Of a stretch of DNA of 64,000 nucleotides, positions 55,156 through 63,924 are shown piece after piece. Position 1 is the first letter of the stretch, and the number at the start of each line of letters is the position of its first letter. The position numbers and the translations under genes are program-made. The stretch is from IMG/VR virus record IMGVR_UViG_3300012973_000875. One strand, given 5' to 3'. The notes beneath the pieces were generated by a model, which was not told the origin of the DNA, ran no database searches, and saw nothing but the letters and a program-made list of their open reading frames with translations. The DNA is from an uncultured virus (IMG/VR IMGVR_UViG_3300012973_000875) (taxonomy: Duplodnaviria > Heunggongvirae > Uroviricota > Caudoviricetes).

Positions 55156-55667
55156 TGGCCGACGACGCACCCGAGAACAACGATGATCCGGTGGCCGAGG
55201 AGCGGGCGAAACTGGCCGCGCAATGGGCCGAGACCTGGGGCGATCCCGACGATCCCCGGACCCGCGCCCGGATCGCCGACACGATCGCCGCGTTGGAGGA
55301 GGGCACGGCGACCGCGCCGGCACCCGGACTGTTCGAGGGTCCGGCGGACATCGACCACATCGTCCAGGTCGTGCTCACCGACGCGCTGCCGACACAGGTG
55401 GCGCTCAACGTGGTCCTGGGCATCGTCCGAGGCGGCCAGCGGTCAGCGATCCGCATGGCCGACCAGATGACCGCGTCGATCGATCCCACCACGGCCACGG
55501 CGTGCGTCCGGATCGTCCACGTCGCCTCGGACGGAACGATCCAGTACAGCCTCGTCGGCGGTCCGCTCCGGTTCGCGGCGATGACCCACGCGGAATTCCA
55601 AGCCAAGTACCCGACGCCGTCGCCTGATCACAAGGACGTGAACGATGCCGCACGCGGAAACGATTAA
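55155..55667 (+). CDS. Hypothetical protein
   Basis: TGATG-coupled to RNAP; GGAGGA RBS. Confidence 0.75.
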   Translation: MADDAPENNDDPVAEERAKLAAQWAETWGDPDDPRTRARIADTIAALEEGTATAPAPGLFEGPADIDHIVQVVLTDALPTQVALNVVLGIVRGGQRSAIRMADQMTASIDPTTATACVRIVHVASDGTIQYSLVGGPLRFAAMTHAEFQAKYPTPSPDHKDVNDAARGND

Positions 55668-56439
55668 CTACGACCTGCTCAAGCTGGCCCGGTGGCGGGT
55701 GGCGAATGATCGCGACTTCGAGAAGTCCGCCGTGGTGCCCCCTGGCGGCGGAGCCCCTCCCGGTGGCGACCCCGCCGCGATGGGGGGTGCGCCTCCGGGC
55801 GGTGATCCCATGATGGGGGGCGGAGCCCCCGGCGGCATGGCCCCACCGATGGATCCCGCCGCGATGGGGGGTGCCCCTCCCGGTGGCGACCCCATGATGG
55901 GGGGTGGCGCCCCTCCCGGCGGCGGTGCCCCGATCGATCCGGCGATGCAGATGGCGATCCAGCAGGCCGTCCAGCAGGCGGTGGGCGGGGCCGGTGGCGG
56001 CATGGCCGGCGGCAAGCCGGGGGCCGGCGGCGGCAAGAAGGCCGAACAGGCCATGCTCGACACCAAGCTCTGGCAGATCATCAAGATGCTCGCCACGATG
56101 ATGACCCACCAGGGCATCCCGGTGCCGCCGGACATCGTCGTCGGGGCTCCTCCCGACCCGGCGATGCTCCAGATGGCCAACCAGGACAACGCCCAGTCGT
56201 CGGTCCCTGGCGGTGGCGGCGATCCGAGCATGGGGGGCGGCGGCGGGGGCGGCATCCCGCCGATCGACCCGATGCAGGCCGACCCCGCGATGGGGGGCGG
56301 GGCTCCCAAGATGGCCGCCGACCGCCAGGCGCACGACCTCGGCTCGGCGTTCGACACCCAGTCGTTCCGGGCCTTGCACAGCCGCTCGGCGTCGCTGGCG
56401 GCGCTGTCCCGCCGCCGCAACCGGGAGACCGCTGAGTGA
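55645..56439 (+). CDS. Gly/Pro/Met-rich low-complexity protein with K-x-A motifs
   Basis: GGAPPGGDP[AAM/MM] repeats between EKSA and PKMAA. Confidence 0.75.
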   Translation: MPHAETINYDLLKLARWRVANDRDFEKSAVVPPGGGAPPGGDPAAMGGAPPGGDPMMGGGAPGGMAPPMDPAAMGGAPPGGDPMMGGGAPPGGGAPIDPAMQMAIQQAVQQAVGGAGGGMAGGKPGAGGGKKAEQAMLDTKLWQIIKMLATMMTHQGIPVPPDIVVGAPPDPAMLQMANQDNAQSSVPGGGGDPSMGGGGGGGIPPIDPMQADPAMGGGAPKMAADRQAHDLGSAFDTQSFRALHSRSASLAALSRRRNRETAE

Positions 56440-56681
56440 AAGTCGAGATCCTGCGGAACCTGCAACCACTGGTCCTCGACGCGAACCGGGTCGTCCTCCG
56501 CAACAGCTTTGGCGACCCGGTGTTCGTCTGCGTCGAGTACGCCACGAACACGTTCCTGTCCGCCAAGGCGGGGGACCCGGAGTTCGACCGGATCCTCCAG
56601 AACCTGGGGATCCAGAACACACTCGTCGTGGAAACGCTCCACCCCAAGCCGCTCGATGACTGGCGGTTCCCCGGTCGCTAG
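56436..56681 (+). CDS. Small hypothetical protein
   Basis: GTGA-coupled; globular-looking. Confidence 0.7.
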   Translation: MKVEILRNLQPLVLDANRVVLRNSFGDPVFVCVEYATNTFLSAKAGDPEFDRILQNLGIQNTLVVETLHPKPLDDWRFPGR

Positions 56682-56682
56682 G

Positions 56683-56700
56683 TTAATTAACGTTTATCGG
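56683..56700. promoter_or_regulatory. AT-rich palindromic site, copy 6
   Basis: ttaATTAACGTTTATcgg directly upstream of the beta'-C gene. Confidence 0.65.
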
Positions 56701-56707
56701 GGGCAGG

Positions 56708-58654
56708 ATGCCACTCAAGACCACCGTCGGGCAGTTGCTGATCAACGAGGCGCTCCCGCCGGAGATGCGGGACTACAACCGCACGCTCGATAAGAAGGGG
56801 ATCGCCAAGCTCTTCCAGGAGATCGCCGAGAAGCGGCCGGACCTCTACAAGGACGTCGCCCAGAAGCTCTCCGACGTCGGCCGCGACGTCGCCTACACGA
56901 CCGGCGGCTTCAGCTTCGGGCTGCGGGACATGCTGCCGAGCAAGGTCGCGCAGGTCGCCCGCCAGCAGATCGAGTCCGAGGTTCGGTCGATCCAGGCCAA
57001 CCCCCGGCTTACCGACGACCAGAAGGAGGAGGCGATCATCCGCGCGGTGGGCCGCCACCAGCAGACACTCGAAGGCCAGATCTTCGCCGAGGCCAAGGCG
57101 AGCAAGAACCCGCTGGCCGGGCAGATCATGTCGGGGGCACGCGGCAGCCCCATGAACCTCAAGTCGCTGCTGGGGGCCGACCTGCTCTACGTCGACCACC
57201 ACGCCCGCGAGATCCCGATCCCGGTCCTGAACCCGTACCCGCGCGGCCTCTCGCCGGTGGAATACTGGGCCGGGGCGTTCGGGGCCCGCAAGGGGGTCGC
57301 CGACACCAAGTTCGCCACCCAGGAGGCGGGCTATTTCGCCAAGCAGTTGAACCAGATCGACCACCGGCTCGTCGTCACCCAGCAGGATGACGACGAGGAC
57401 GACGACGCCAACGGCGCGATTCGCGGCCTGCCGGTCGATACCGATGACGGCGACTCGGCCGGGGCCCTGCTGGCGCAGCCGGTGGGCACCTACAAGCGCA
57501 ACACCGTGCTCACCCCGCGCATCCTCAAGGACCTCCAGAACCAGGGGATCAAGCGGATCGTGGTCCGCTCGCCGATGATCGGCGGGCCGGCACAGGGGGG
57601 TGTCTTCGCCCGCGACGTCGGGGTGCGGGAACGGGGCGGCATGGCCCCGCTGGGGGACCAGGTCGGCCTGGCCGCCGCGCAGGCCCTCTCCGAGAAGCTC
57701 ACCCAGGGGCAGCTAAGCTCGAAGCACTCCGGCGGCGTCGCCGGGGCCGAGCAGGCGGTCACCGGCTTCAAGTACATCAACCAGTTGATCCAGGTCCCCA
57801 AGACCTTCAAGGGGGGTGCCGCGCACGCCCAGGTCGACGGCATCGTCAACAACGTCACCGACGCCCCGCAGGGGGGCAAGTACATCTTCGTCGGCGGCGA
57901 GCAGCACTACGTCCCGCACGGCGTCGACATCAAGGTCAAGCCGGGCGATGCGATCGAGGCGGGGGACGTCCTGTCCGCCGGGATCCCCAATCCGGCCGAG
58001 ATCGTCAAGCACAAGGGGATCGGCGAGGGGCGGCGGTACTTCATGAACACGTTCCGCAAGGCGTACTCCGACTCGGGGATGGGGGCCGACCGGCGGAACA
58101 TCGAACTGCTGTCGCGCGGTCTCATCGACCACGTCAACGTCACCGACGAGTTCGGCGACTTCGTCCCCGACGACGTGACCTCGTATTCGACGATCGAGCG
58201 GAACTGGCAACCACGCGACGGCACACGGGCGATGAACACGACCTCGGCGGCGGGCAAGTACCTGGAACGGCCGATCCTCCATTACTCGATTGGCACCAAG
58301 ATCAGACCGAGTATCATAAAAGAGCTTGGTGAATTCGGGGTCAGCAACGTCGAGGTCCATGACGATCCGCCCCCCTTCGAGCCCGTCATGATCCGAGGGG
58401 CCTCGAATCTCCAACACGACCCCGACTTCATCACCCGCCACCTCGGATCCGGCCTCCAGAAGGCCACGCTCGGTGCGGTCCACCTGGGCGGCACGAGTGA
58501 TGCAAGCGGAACGAGCTACGTTCCGGCCAAAGTCTGGAATCCGACCGAGTTCGGACGGCAGGGTCTGGTCCAGGGCTGGAAGCCCAAGACCCCGTCGGTG
58601 CTGTCGACGCCTCCGACCCGAGGGCCGTCAGACAATGTCCTCTCACCGCTTTAA
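56708..58654 (+). CDS. rpoC: Phage multisubunit RNA polymerase, C-terminal part of beta'
   Basis: TTVGQ, SGARGS, GLSPVEYW...GARKGVADT..T.EAGY (bridge helix), AAQALSEKLTQ.....HSGG (trigger loop), RNIELL. Confidence 0.93.
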   Translation: MPLKTTVGQLLINEALPPEMRDYNRTLDKKGIAKLFQEIAEKRPDLYKDVAQKLSDVGRDVAYTTGGFSFGLRDMLPSKVAQVARQQIESEVRSIQANPRLTDDQKEEAIIRAVGRHQQTLEGQIFAEAKASKNPLAGQIMSGARGSPMNLKSLLGADLLYVDHHAREIPIPVLNPYPRGLSPVEYWAGAFGARKGVADTKFATQEAGYFAKQLNQIDHRLVVTQQDDDEDDDANGAIRGLPVDTDDGDSAGALLAQPVGTYKRNTVLTPRILKDLQNQGIKRIVVRSPMIGGPAQGGVFARDVGVRERGGMAPLGDQVGLAAAQALSEKLTQGQLSSKHSGGVAGAEQAVTGFKYINQLIQVPKTFKGGAAHAQVDGIVNNVTDAPQGGKYIFVGGEQHYVPHGVDIKVKPGDAIEAGDVLSAGIPNPAEIVKHKGIGEGRRYFMNTFRKAYSDSGMGADRRNIELLSRGLIDHVNVTDEFGDFVPDDVTSYSTIERNWQPRDGTRAMNTTSAAGKYLERPILHYSIGTKIRPSIIKELGEFGVSNVEVHDDPPPFEPVMIRGASNLQHDPDFITRHLGSGLQKATLGAVHLGGTSDASGTSYVPAKVWNPTEFGRQGLVQGWKPKTPSVLSTPPTRGPSDNVLSPL

Positions 58655-59378
58655 GTACGAACTGACGTTTCGACGCGTGCGGGACGACTACCCGCCCAAG
58701 CCGGGCACCCTCTCGATCCTCAAGGAACCACTCATGGCCAGCAAGCTGGGATACACGATCGGGCTGCCCGACCTGGGCGCACTTGACGTCGAAACACGGG
58801 AACTGATCCTCACGATCGATGGCACCGACCAGACGATCGCGATCACCAAGGACGAGTCGGGCCATTTCCCCACGCAGTACGAGATCATCGTGCCGCAGGA
58901 AGTCCATGTCTCGCTCAAGCTGGTCGATGTCGACGAGGCCGGCAACCGGTCCGAGCCGACCGATCCGTTCGACTTCGAGACGGCCGACTTCACCGCCCCG
59001 GGCAAGCCCGGCACCCTGTCGCTGATCGGCGAGGTCCGTGTCATCGACGACGAGGAGGAGCCTGGCTCCGACTCCGAGCCGGTGGATCCCACCGAACCGG
59101 TCGACCCGACTGAGCCTGTCGAACCCGTGGATCCAACCGAACCGGTTGACCCCGTGGATCCAACCGAACCGGTTGACCCCGTGGACCCGACTGAGCCCAT
59201 TGATCCGATCGAACCGGTCGATCCGACCGAGCCCATTGACCCGACTGAGCCCGTCGAACCCGTGGACCCGACTGCGCCGGTCGATCCGACCGTACCCGTC
59301 GAGCCCGAGCCGGTTGTTCCCGAGCCGGAGTTCCCCGAGCCGGAGATCGGCCCGGAACTGCCGCCCGCCCCGCAGTAA
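58635..59378 (+). CDS. Beta-rich domain protein with acidic Pro-rich tail
   Basis: DVDEAGNRSEP (Fn3/Ig-like strand); alternative start at 58734. Confidence 0.7.
   Translation: MSSHRFKYELTFRRVRDDYPPKPGTLSILKEPLMASKLGYTIGLPDLGALDVETRELILTIDGTDQTIAITKDESGHFPTQYEIIVPQEVHVSLKLVDVDEAGNRSEPTDPFDFETADFTAPGKPGTLSLIGEVRVIDDEEEPGSDSEPVDPTEPVDPTEPVEPVDPTEPVDPVDPTEPVDPVDPTEPIDPIEPVDPTEPIDPTEPVEPVDPTAPVDPTVPVEPEPVVPEPEFPEPEIGPELPPAPQ
59075..59345 (+). repeat. Coding P[VI][DE]P(TE) tandem repeats
   Basis: EPVDPTEPVDPTEPVEPVDPT..., synonymously diversified. Confidence 0.85.
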
Positions 59379-59463
59379 TGACGTAGTCTGTAACACGCTG
59401 GTAAGATGGCAGGGCCAGGCGCTACCCAGCGCCTGGCCCGCTTGCGTTCTTTGGGAGGCCCGC

Positions 59464-59811
59464 ATGACTCAGCCCCTGGACCAGTTGCGTGAGCGGATCG
59501 AGATCCGCGAGATCCGGTTTGGCGACGGCACCGATCGTCCCGAGATCTGGGCGGTCGGTGGCCCCGACGCCGGCCCCGAGGAGTTTCATACCCTGGCGAT
59601 CGAGGGGGATGAGGAGCTTCCTCGGGTCCTCGTGGCCGGCGAAGAGACCGATCTCGACACGGCCCTGCTCTGGGTCGATACGCACAGCCCGGTCAACCTG
59701 CACGTCCTCCGTGACATGCAGCGTGGTGGTCGCGTCATCGAGGCGGCCTTTGTTCCCGTGCGTCCTCCGGAGAGTGATCACGGCAGCGACGACGAGTCAC
59801 GAGTGCAATGA
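59464..59811 (+). CDS. Acidic hypothetical protein
   Basis: GGGAGG RBS; TAAGAT -10-like box upstream. Confidence 0.7.
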   Translation: MTQPLDQLRERIEIREIRFGDGTDRPEIWAVGGPDAGPEEFHTLAIEGDEELPRVLVAGEETDLDTALLWVDTHSPVNLHVLRDMQRGGRVIEAAFVPVRPPESDHGSDDESRVQ

Positions 59812-59901
59812 GATGACCCCGCAGCGTAGTTCCTGACGTTGCGCCATTTCGCTACGATGCAGAACATCTAGGACGCAGGACGACGGCAAGGAGGCCATCA
59901 C

Positions 59902-62538
59902 GTGGTCACGACTCGCCCCTCACGGAAGACGGAATACTGGCTCACGGTCTGCCGGAGCCACGCGGTCGACGGCCTGTCGATGACCAAGGTGGCCGACCTG
60001 GGCGGCGACGGCTCCGACATGCCGTTCGAGCAGGCGTTCTCCAACCTGGCGCACGCCTACATCAAGGACAAGGCCCCCGGCCTGCTCGACTACGAGGTCG
60101 GGTTCCAGCTTGTCGATCGCACCGACGACAACAAGAAGGCCATCGGCGTCTTCGGCTTCAAGGTCGGCTCCAGTTGGCTCCTGGTCCCGGTCTTCTTCCT
60201 GGCCGGCGACCTGAAGGGGCACGAGATCCTCTACATCAAGAACCAGGACACCTTCGTGCCGCTGAAGGAAAACTGGATCAACTACATCCTCAACAAGAAG
60301 CCGCTGTCGCTGGGCGAGGGGGTCGGCCGCAACCCCCGCGAGATCGGCATCCGCAACCCCGACTACTCGCAGTTCGCGCATTCCCCCTCGACCTCGAAGT
60401 CGGCCGCCGCGCGAGCCCGGCGGATCACCCCCGAGGAATCGATCGAATTGGCGGCGACCGCCGCCAAGCTCACCAAGGCCGCCGCCGCGACCATGGACGC
60501 GGCGACCTTCGAGGTCTTTGACGAGATGCCCGCCTGGGCCAAGGTCGCGACCCACTCGATGGCCGTGGCGATGGCCCGCGACCCCCGCACCATGCCGGCG
60601 ATCGGGATCGACTTCCCGGCGATGCTCAAGCTGGCCGGTGTCGACGGGGCCAAGGCGACCCTGGCGATGTGCAGCGCCTACCCGACGGTCGCCCGCGCGA
60701 TCGACCAGTTCTACCCCCGCGAAACGATCGACGAGGCGATCCGCCACATCAAGCAGGCGGCCACCCGCGTCTCCACCGTCCTCGACGCCGACGACCCGAT
60801 GATCCCCAGCCGCTACCGGGTCCGCCGCGAGCCGCAGTCACGGCAGTCGGTCCTGACCCCGAGTAGCCCGGTCAAGCAGGGCTCGCTCCAGGTCTACGCC
60901 TACGACCCAGGGCAGGAGTCGAATCTTCCCGCGACGATCGCGGAGAAGGACTACGATAAGCTCCTGCGGGACGGTGTCCTGATCAAGGACACCCGCAAGG
61001 GCGATGACGAGGTCTCGATCGCCTACCACACGACGACGACCCGGCAACTGGTCAACCCCGACGTCACCGGGCTCTACGACGTCATGGTCGCCCCCGACCT
61101 GTACGAGAAGATGCTGGTGATCCTGGGACCGCACGGCCCCTACGGCCGCCGCGACTTCTGCACGGTGATCGCCCTGGACGGGGCCAAAGGGTGGCTCAAC
61201 CTCCACCCGACCTACGTCTGGGTATCCAAGCAGCATTCGACCGACGACCTCCAGGACTGGGCCGACAGCCTGCCCGAGGCCGACTCGATCGACGACGGTC
61301 AGTACGTGCTGCTCAGTCCCGAGGGAACCGACGGCACGCTGCCGTTCGTCCACGACTCGACGACCGCCGGCAAGATCATCAACGTCCACTTCGACCTGTT
61401 CAGCGGCCGGCCCCGCCAGGCGTACATGCGGGGCGAGTCGCACCAACGCAACTTCGACACCCTGGCGGCCAACAACGACGAGCAGTACGACCGCTGGAAC
61501 CACGGCGAGCGGATCAACCTCGGGGGCCGCAAGGGGACGACGATCCGCAGCAACTTCGGCGACGTCTTCATCCCCAAGGGCTGGAAGAAGTTCAAGATCG
61601 AGGAGGCCGACTACGCCGACGACCAGTGGGATGCCCCGGAATACGACGGCTCGAACCAGACCAAGCGGGTCGTCAAGAGCCTGACCGGCGGCCTGGGGCA
61701 ATCGAAGACCCCGCCGATCACCGGAGCCAACGTCGTCGATGTCGAACTGGGGATCTGGCAGAAGGTCTCCTCGGTCACCGACCGGCTGGAGATCCGCGCG
61801 ACCGGCACCCGGATCGTGATCGACGGTACGCCGTTCACCAAGCGGGCCGCCCTGATCGAACTGGTCCGCGATCGCGGACTCCGCGAGGTCGTGGCCCGCG
61901 ACATGATCGCCGACGCCGAGGGTGCCCTGGTCAAGCGCGGGGCCTCCCGCCGCGCGTACCGCGTCCGCTACGCCCCCTGGGTCAAGGCGGCCGCCGGTGG
62001 TCCGTTCCTGACGCACGGGGCCCCGAGTGCACCCCCCTTCCCCGATCCCGAGTCCTCGGGATCGTCGTTCATGGGCACTGGGTTTGAAACCCAGCAGCCG
62101 CAGGAAATGACGATCCCCGTCGACGACATGAAGCAGGACCAGACCGAGGCCCGCGAGTCGCAGAGCCCGTACACCCCCGACCCGATGGCGGCGCAGGTCG
62201 CCACCCAGGCGGCGCAGACCGGCCAGAAGGAGATCTTCGACACCGCGATGGTCGGCAGCCTGCTCAAGACGACCCGCGATGACCTCTTGGTCGACAAGCA
62301 CCTGGGGGCCCTGCTCAAGGGGCTCGACAAGATCGGCCGGCTGCTGTTCCTGCTCTACTGGCACCAGGACGAGTTCGCCGACCGCTACGGCAAGGAGGCG
62401 GTCCCCGAACTGGAGGACTCGCTCCGCAACACGTTCGAGAGCCTGGGCGACCTGGTCCTGTTCCTCAAGCAGCGGACGATCGATCCCTACCCCGACGGCG
62501 GCACGAGTGTTGACCTGAAGGACACCGCCAACGCCTAA
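59902..62538 (+). CDS. Large K-x-[A/S/G]-punctuated protein of unknown function (probable virion component)
   Basis: AAGGAGG RBS; KVA, KSAA, KAAA, KLAG, KQAA, KQG, KVS, KAAA. Confidence 0.8.
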   Translation: MVTTRPSRKTEYWLTVCRSHAVDGLSMTKVADLGGDGSDMPFEQAFSNLAHAYIKDKAPGLLDYEVGFQLVDRTDDNKKAIGVFGFKVGSSWLLVPVFFLAGDLKGHEILYIKNQDTFVPLKENWINYILNKKPLSLGEGVGRNPREIGIRNPDYSQFAHSPSTSKSAAARARRITPEESIELAATAAKLTKAAAATMDAATFEVFDEMPAWAKVATHSMAVAMARDPRTMPAIGIDFPAMLKLAGVDGAKATLAMCSAYPTVARAIDQFYPRETIDEAIRHIKQAATRVSTVLDADDPMIPSRYRVRREPQSRQSVLTPSSPVKQGSLQVYAYDPGQESNLPATIAEKDYDKLLRDGVLIKDTRKGDDEVSIAYHTTTTRQLVNPDVTGLYDVMVAPDLYEKMLVILGPHGPYGRRDFCTVIALDGAKGWLNLHPTYVWVSKQHSTDDLQDWADSLPEADSIDDGQYVLLSPEGTDGTLPFVHDSTTAGKIINVHFDLFSGRPRQAYMRGESHQRNFDTLAANNDEQYDRWNHGERINLGGRKGTTIRSNFGDVFIPKGWKKFKIEEADYADDQWDAPEYDGSNQTKRVVKSLTGGLGQSKTPPITGANVVDVELGIWQKVSSVTDRLEIRATGTRIVIDGTPFTKRAALIELVRDRGLREVVARDMIADAEGALVKRGASRRAYRVRYAPWVKAAAGGPFLTHGAPSAPPFPDPESSGSSFMGTGFETQQPQEMTIPVDDMKQDQTEARESQSPYTPDPMAAQVATQAAQTGQKEIFDTAMVGSLLKTTRDDLLVDKHLGALLKGLDKIGRLLFLLYWHQDEFADRYGKEAVPELEDSLRNTFESLGDLVLFLKQRTIDPYPDGGTSVDLKDTANA

Positions 62539-62582
62539 TGGCGGTGCGGCGGTAATCAAGACTCCTGTCCGAGGATCGATCG

Positions 62583-63434
62583 ATGATTCACGCCACGCTT
62601 CACGCGTCACTCCAGATCCAGGGTGCCAATCCTGGTCGGATCCGCCGCCTGTACGACTATGTGCGTCTGGTGCGCGGCTCCGACCTGCCCAACTACCCGC
62701 AGACGATCGGCGACAGTGTCGGCTTCGTCTACAAGAACGTCGCCGAGTACCTCCAGGGGGTCGATCTGGCCCTGCGGGGGGATGTGCGGGACAACCCCCA
62801 CGCGATCCGCCTGATCGACCCGTCGTTCACCTACGCGGTGGCACGGACCGAATTCGCCAAGGGGCAACTCAAAGGGGACGGTGCGACCGGTGCCGCCGGC
62901 GATGCCGCGTTCCGCAAGTACGGGCCCCGGCCCCTCCCCGCGTCCGCCTACGACGGCCGGCGGTCGCAGTCCTGGGGCGACGAGGGGGCGCCTGGCGGTG
63001 CCTACCGCGAGACCCTGTCGCTCATCGGCAGCAGCGCGGCGGTGAAGACCGTCGACGAGGTGGCCGAGGCCGTCTACCACGGCTATCCGGTCGCCCTGTT
63101 CTCGGGGCGGTACGGCTTCGCCATGCTGCCCGACGCCGACGGCTTCCACCGCCCCTCCGGGTCGGCCTGGAACCATGGCTACACGGTCATCGCGACCAGC
63201 CGCGCGGCGGGTTCGCCGCACGCCTTCGAGCTGCTCAATTGCTGGAGCGATGTCCACGGCAAGCTCCCGCCGCTGGACGGGGTCACGCCGCCGCCCGGCG
63301 TGCTCCGCGTGACGGCCGACGTGCTGCACGAGATGCTCGTGAACGCCGGCGCCGAGTGCTTCGCCTACAGCGGGACCGCGACGTTCACCGCCCGCGCCGA
63401 GGCCCTCGACGCGCTCCTGATCCAACCCCAGTAA
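62583..63434 (+). CDS. Papain-like peptidase paralogue with catalytic Cys replaced by Ser
   Basis: QTIGDSV vs QTIGDCV; GYPV, GF.RPSGS.W.H and LNCW align with 46293..47246. Confidence 0.75.
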   Translation: MIHATLHASLQIQGANPGRIRRLYDYVRLVRGSDLPNYPQTIGDSVGFVYKNVAEYLQGVDLALRGDVRDNPHAIRLIDPSFTYAVARTEFAKGQLKGDGATGAAGDAAFRKYGPRPLPASAYDGRRSQSWGDEGAPGGAYRETLSLIGSSAAVKTVDEVAEAVYHGYPVALFSGRYGFAMLPDADGFHRPSGSAWNHGYTVIATSRAAGSPHAFELLNCWSDVHGKLPPLDGVTPPPGVLRVTADVLHEMLVNAGAECFAYSGTATFTARAEALDALLIQPQ

Positions 63435-63444
63435 GGAACCCGCC

Positions 63445-63924
63445 ATGCCGGCCCCGACGATTCTCGATATTGGCCCCGCCACGCCGCTGGTCGCCGAGGG
63501 GGGCAAGACCACGCGTCTGGCCCTGCCGGTGCCCACGATGGGCGAGGTCACGCGGTTGTTCCTTCAGCAGGTGACGATCACCGCGACCAGTGGCGTGGTG
63601 ACGGCGGTCGCTCCGGCGACCGACGGGTTCACCTACAGTTGGTACGCGGCGGAGGCCGGCTGCCCGCTGGGCGTCGACAAACCCGTGCTGGCCGTCTACG
63701 AGGACCAGTACCGCCTGGCCCCCGAGACGGTCGTCGAGGCGGGCGACTCGATGGTGACCAAGGACGACAAGCCCGATGACTTCGGTCAGTCGTTCGCCTA
63801 CGTCAACCGCGACGGCGGGCACTCGACCCGCCGCCAGCGGCTCTACCTCAAGATCAAGCCCAACGGCACGGGCAACAAGACGTTCATCCTGTTCATGACC
63901 ATCAAGCCGGGATCGGCGAGTTGA
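63445..63924 (+). CDS. Hypothetical protein (beta-rich, possibly structural)
   Basis: AAGGA RBS; GC3 bias. Confidence 0.75.
   Translation: MPAPTILDIGPATPLVAEGGKTTRLALPVPTMGEVTRLFLQQVTITATSGVVTAVAPATDGFTYSWYAAEAGCPLGVDKPVLAVYEDQYRLAPETVVEAGDSMVTKDDKPDDFGQSFAYVNRDGGHSTRRQRLYLKIKPNGTGNKTFILFMTIKPGSAS

Noticed and set aside
55661..55670. cgattaac as a seventh palindrome copy
   Set aside because: Only a half-site; the second arm is absent
50671..58654. Cellular rpoBC operon
   Set aside because: No flanking rplL/rpsL genes, zinc sites lost, split by unrelated ORFs, phage-like context
59075..59345. Repeat array as CRISPR
   Set aside because: In-frame 9/18 nt coding repeats with synonymous variation, no unique spacers, no cas genes
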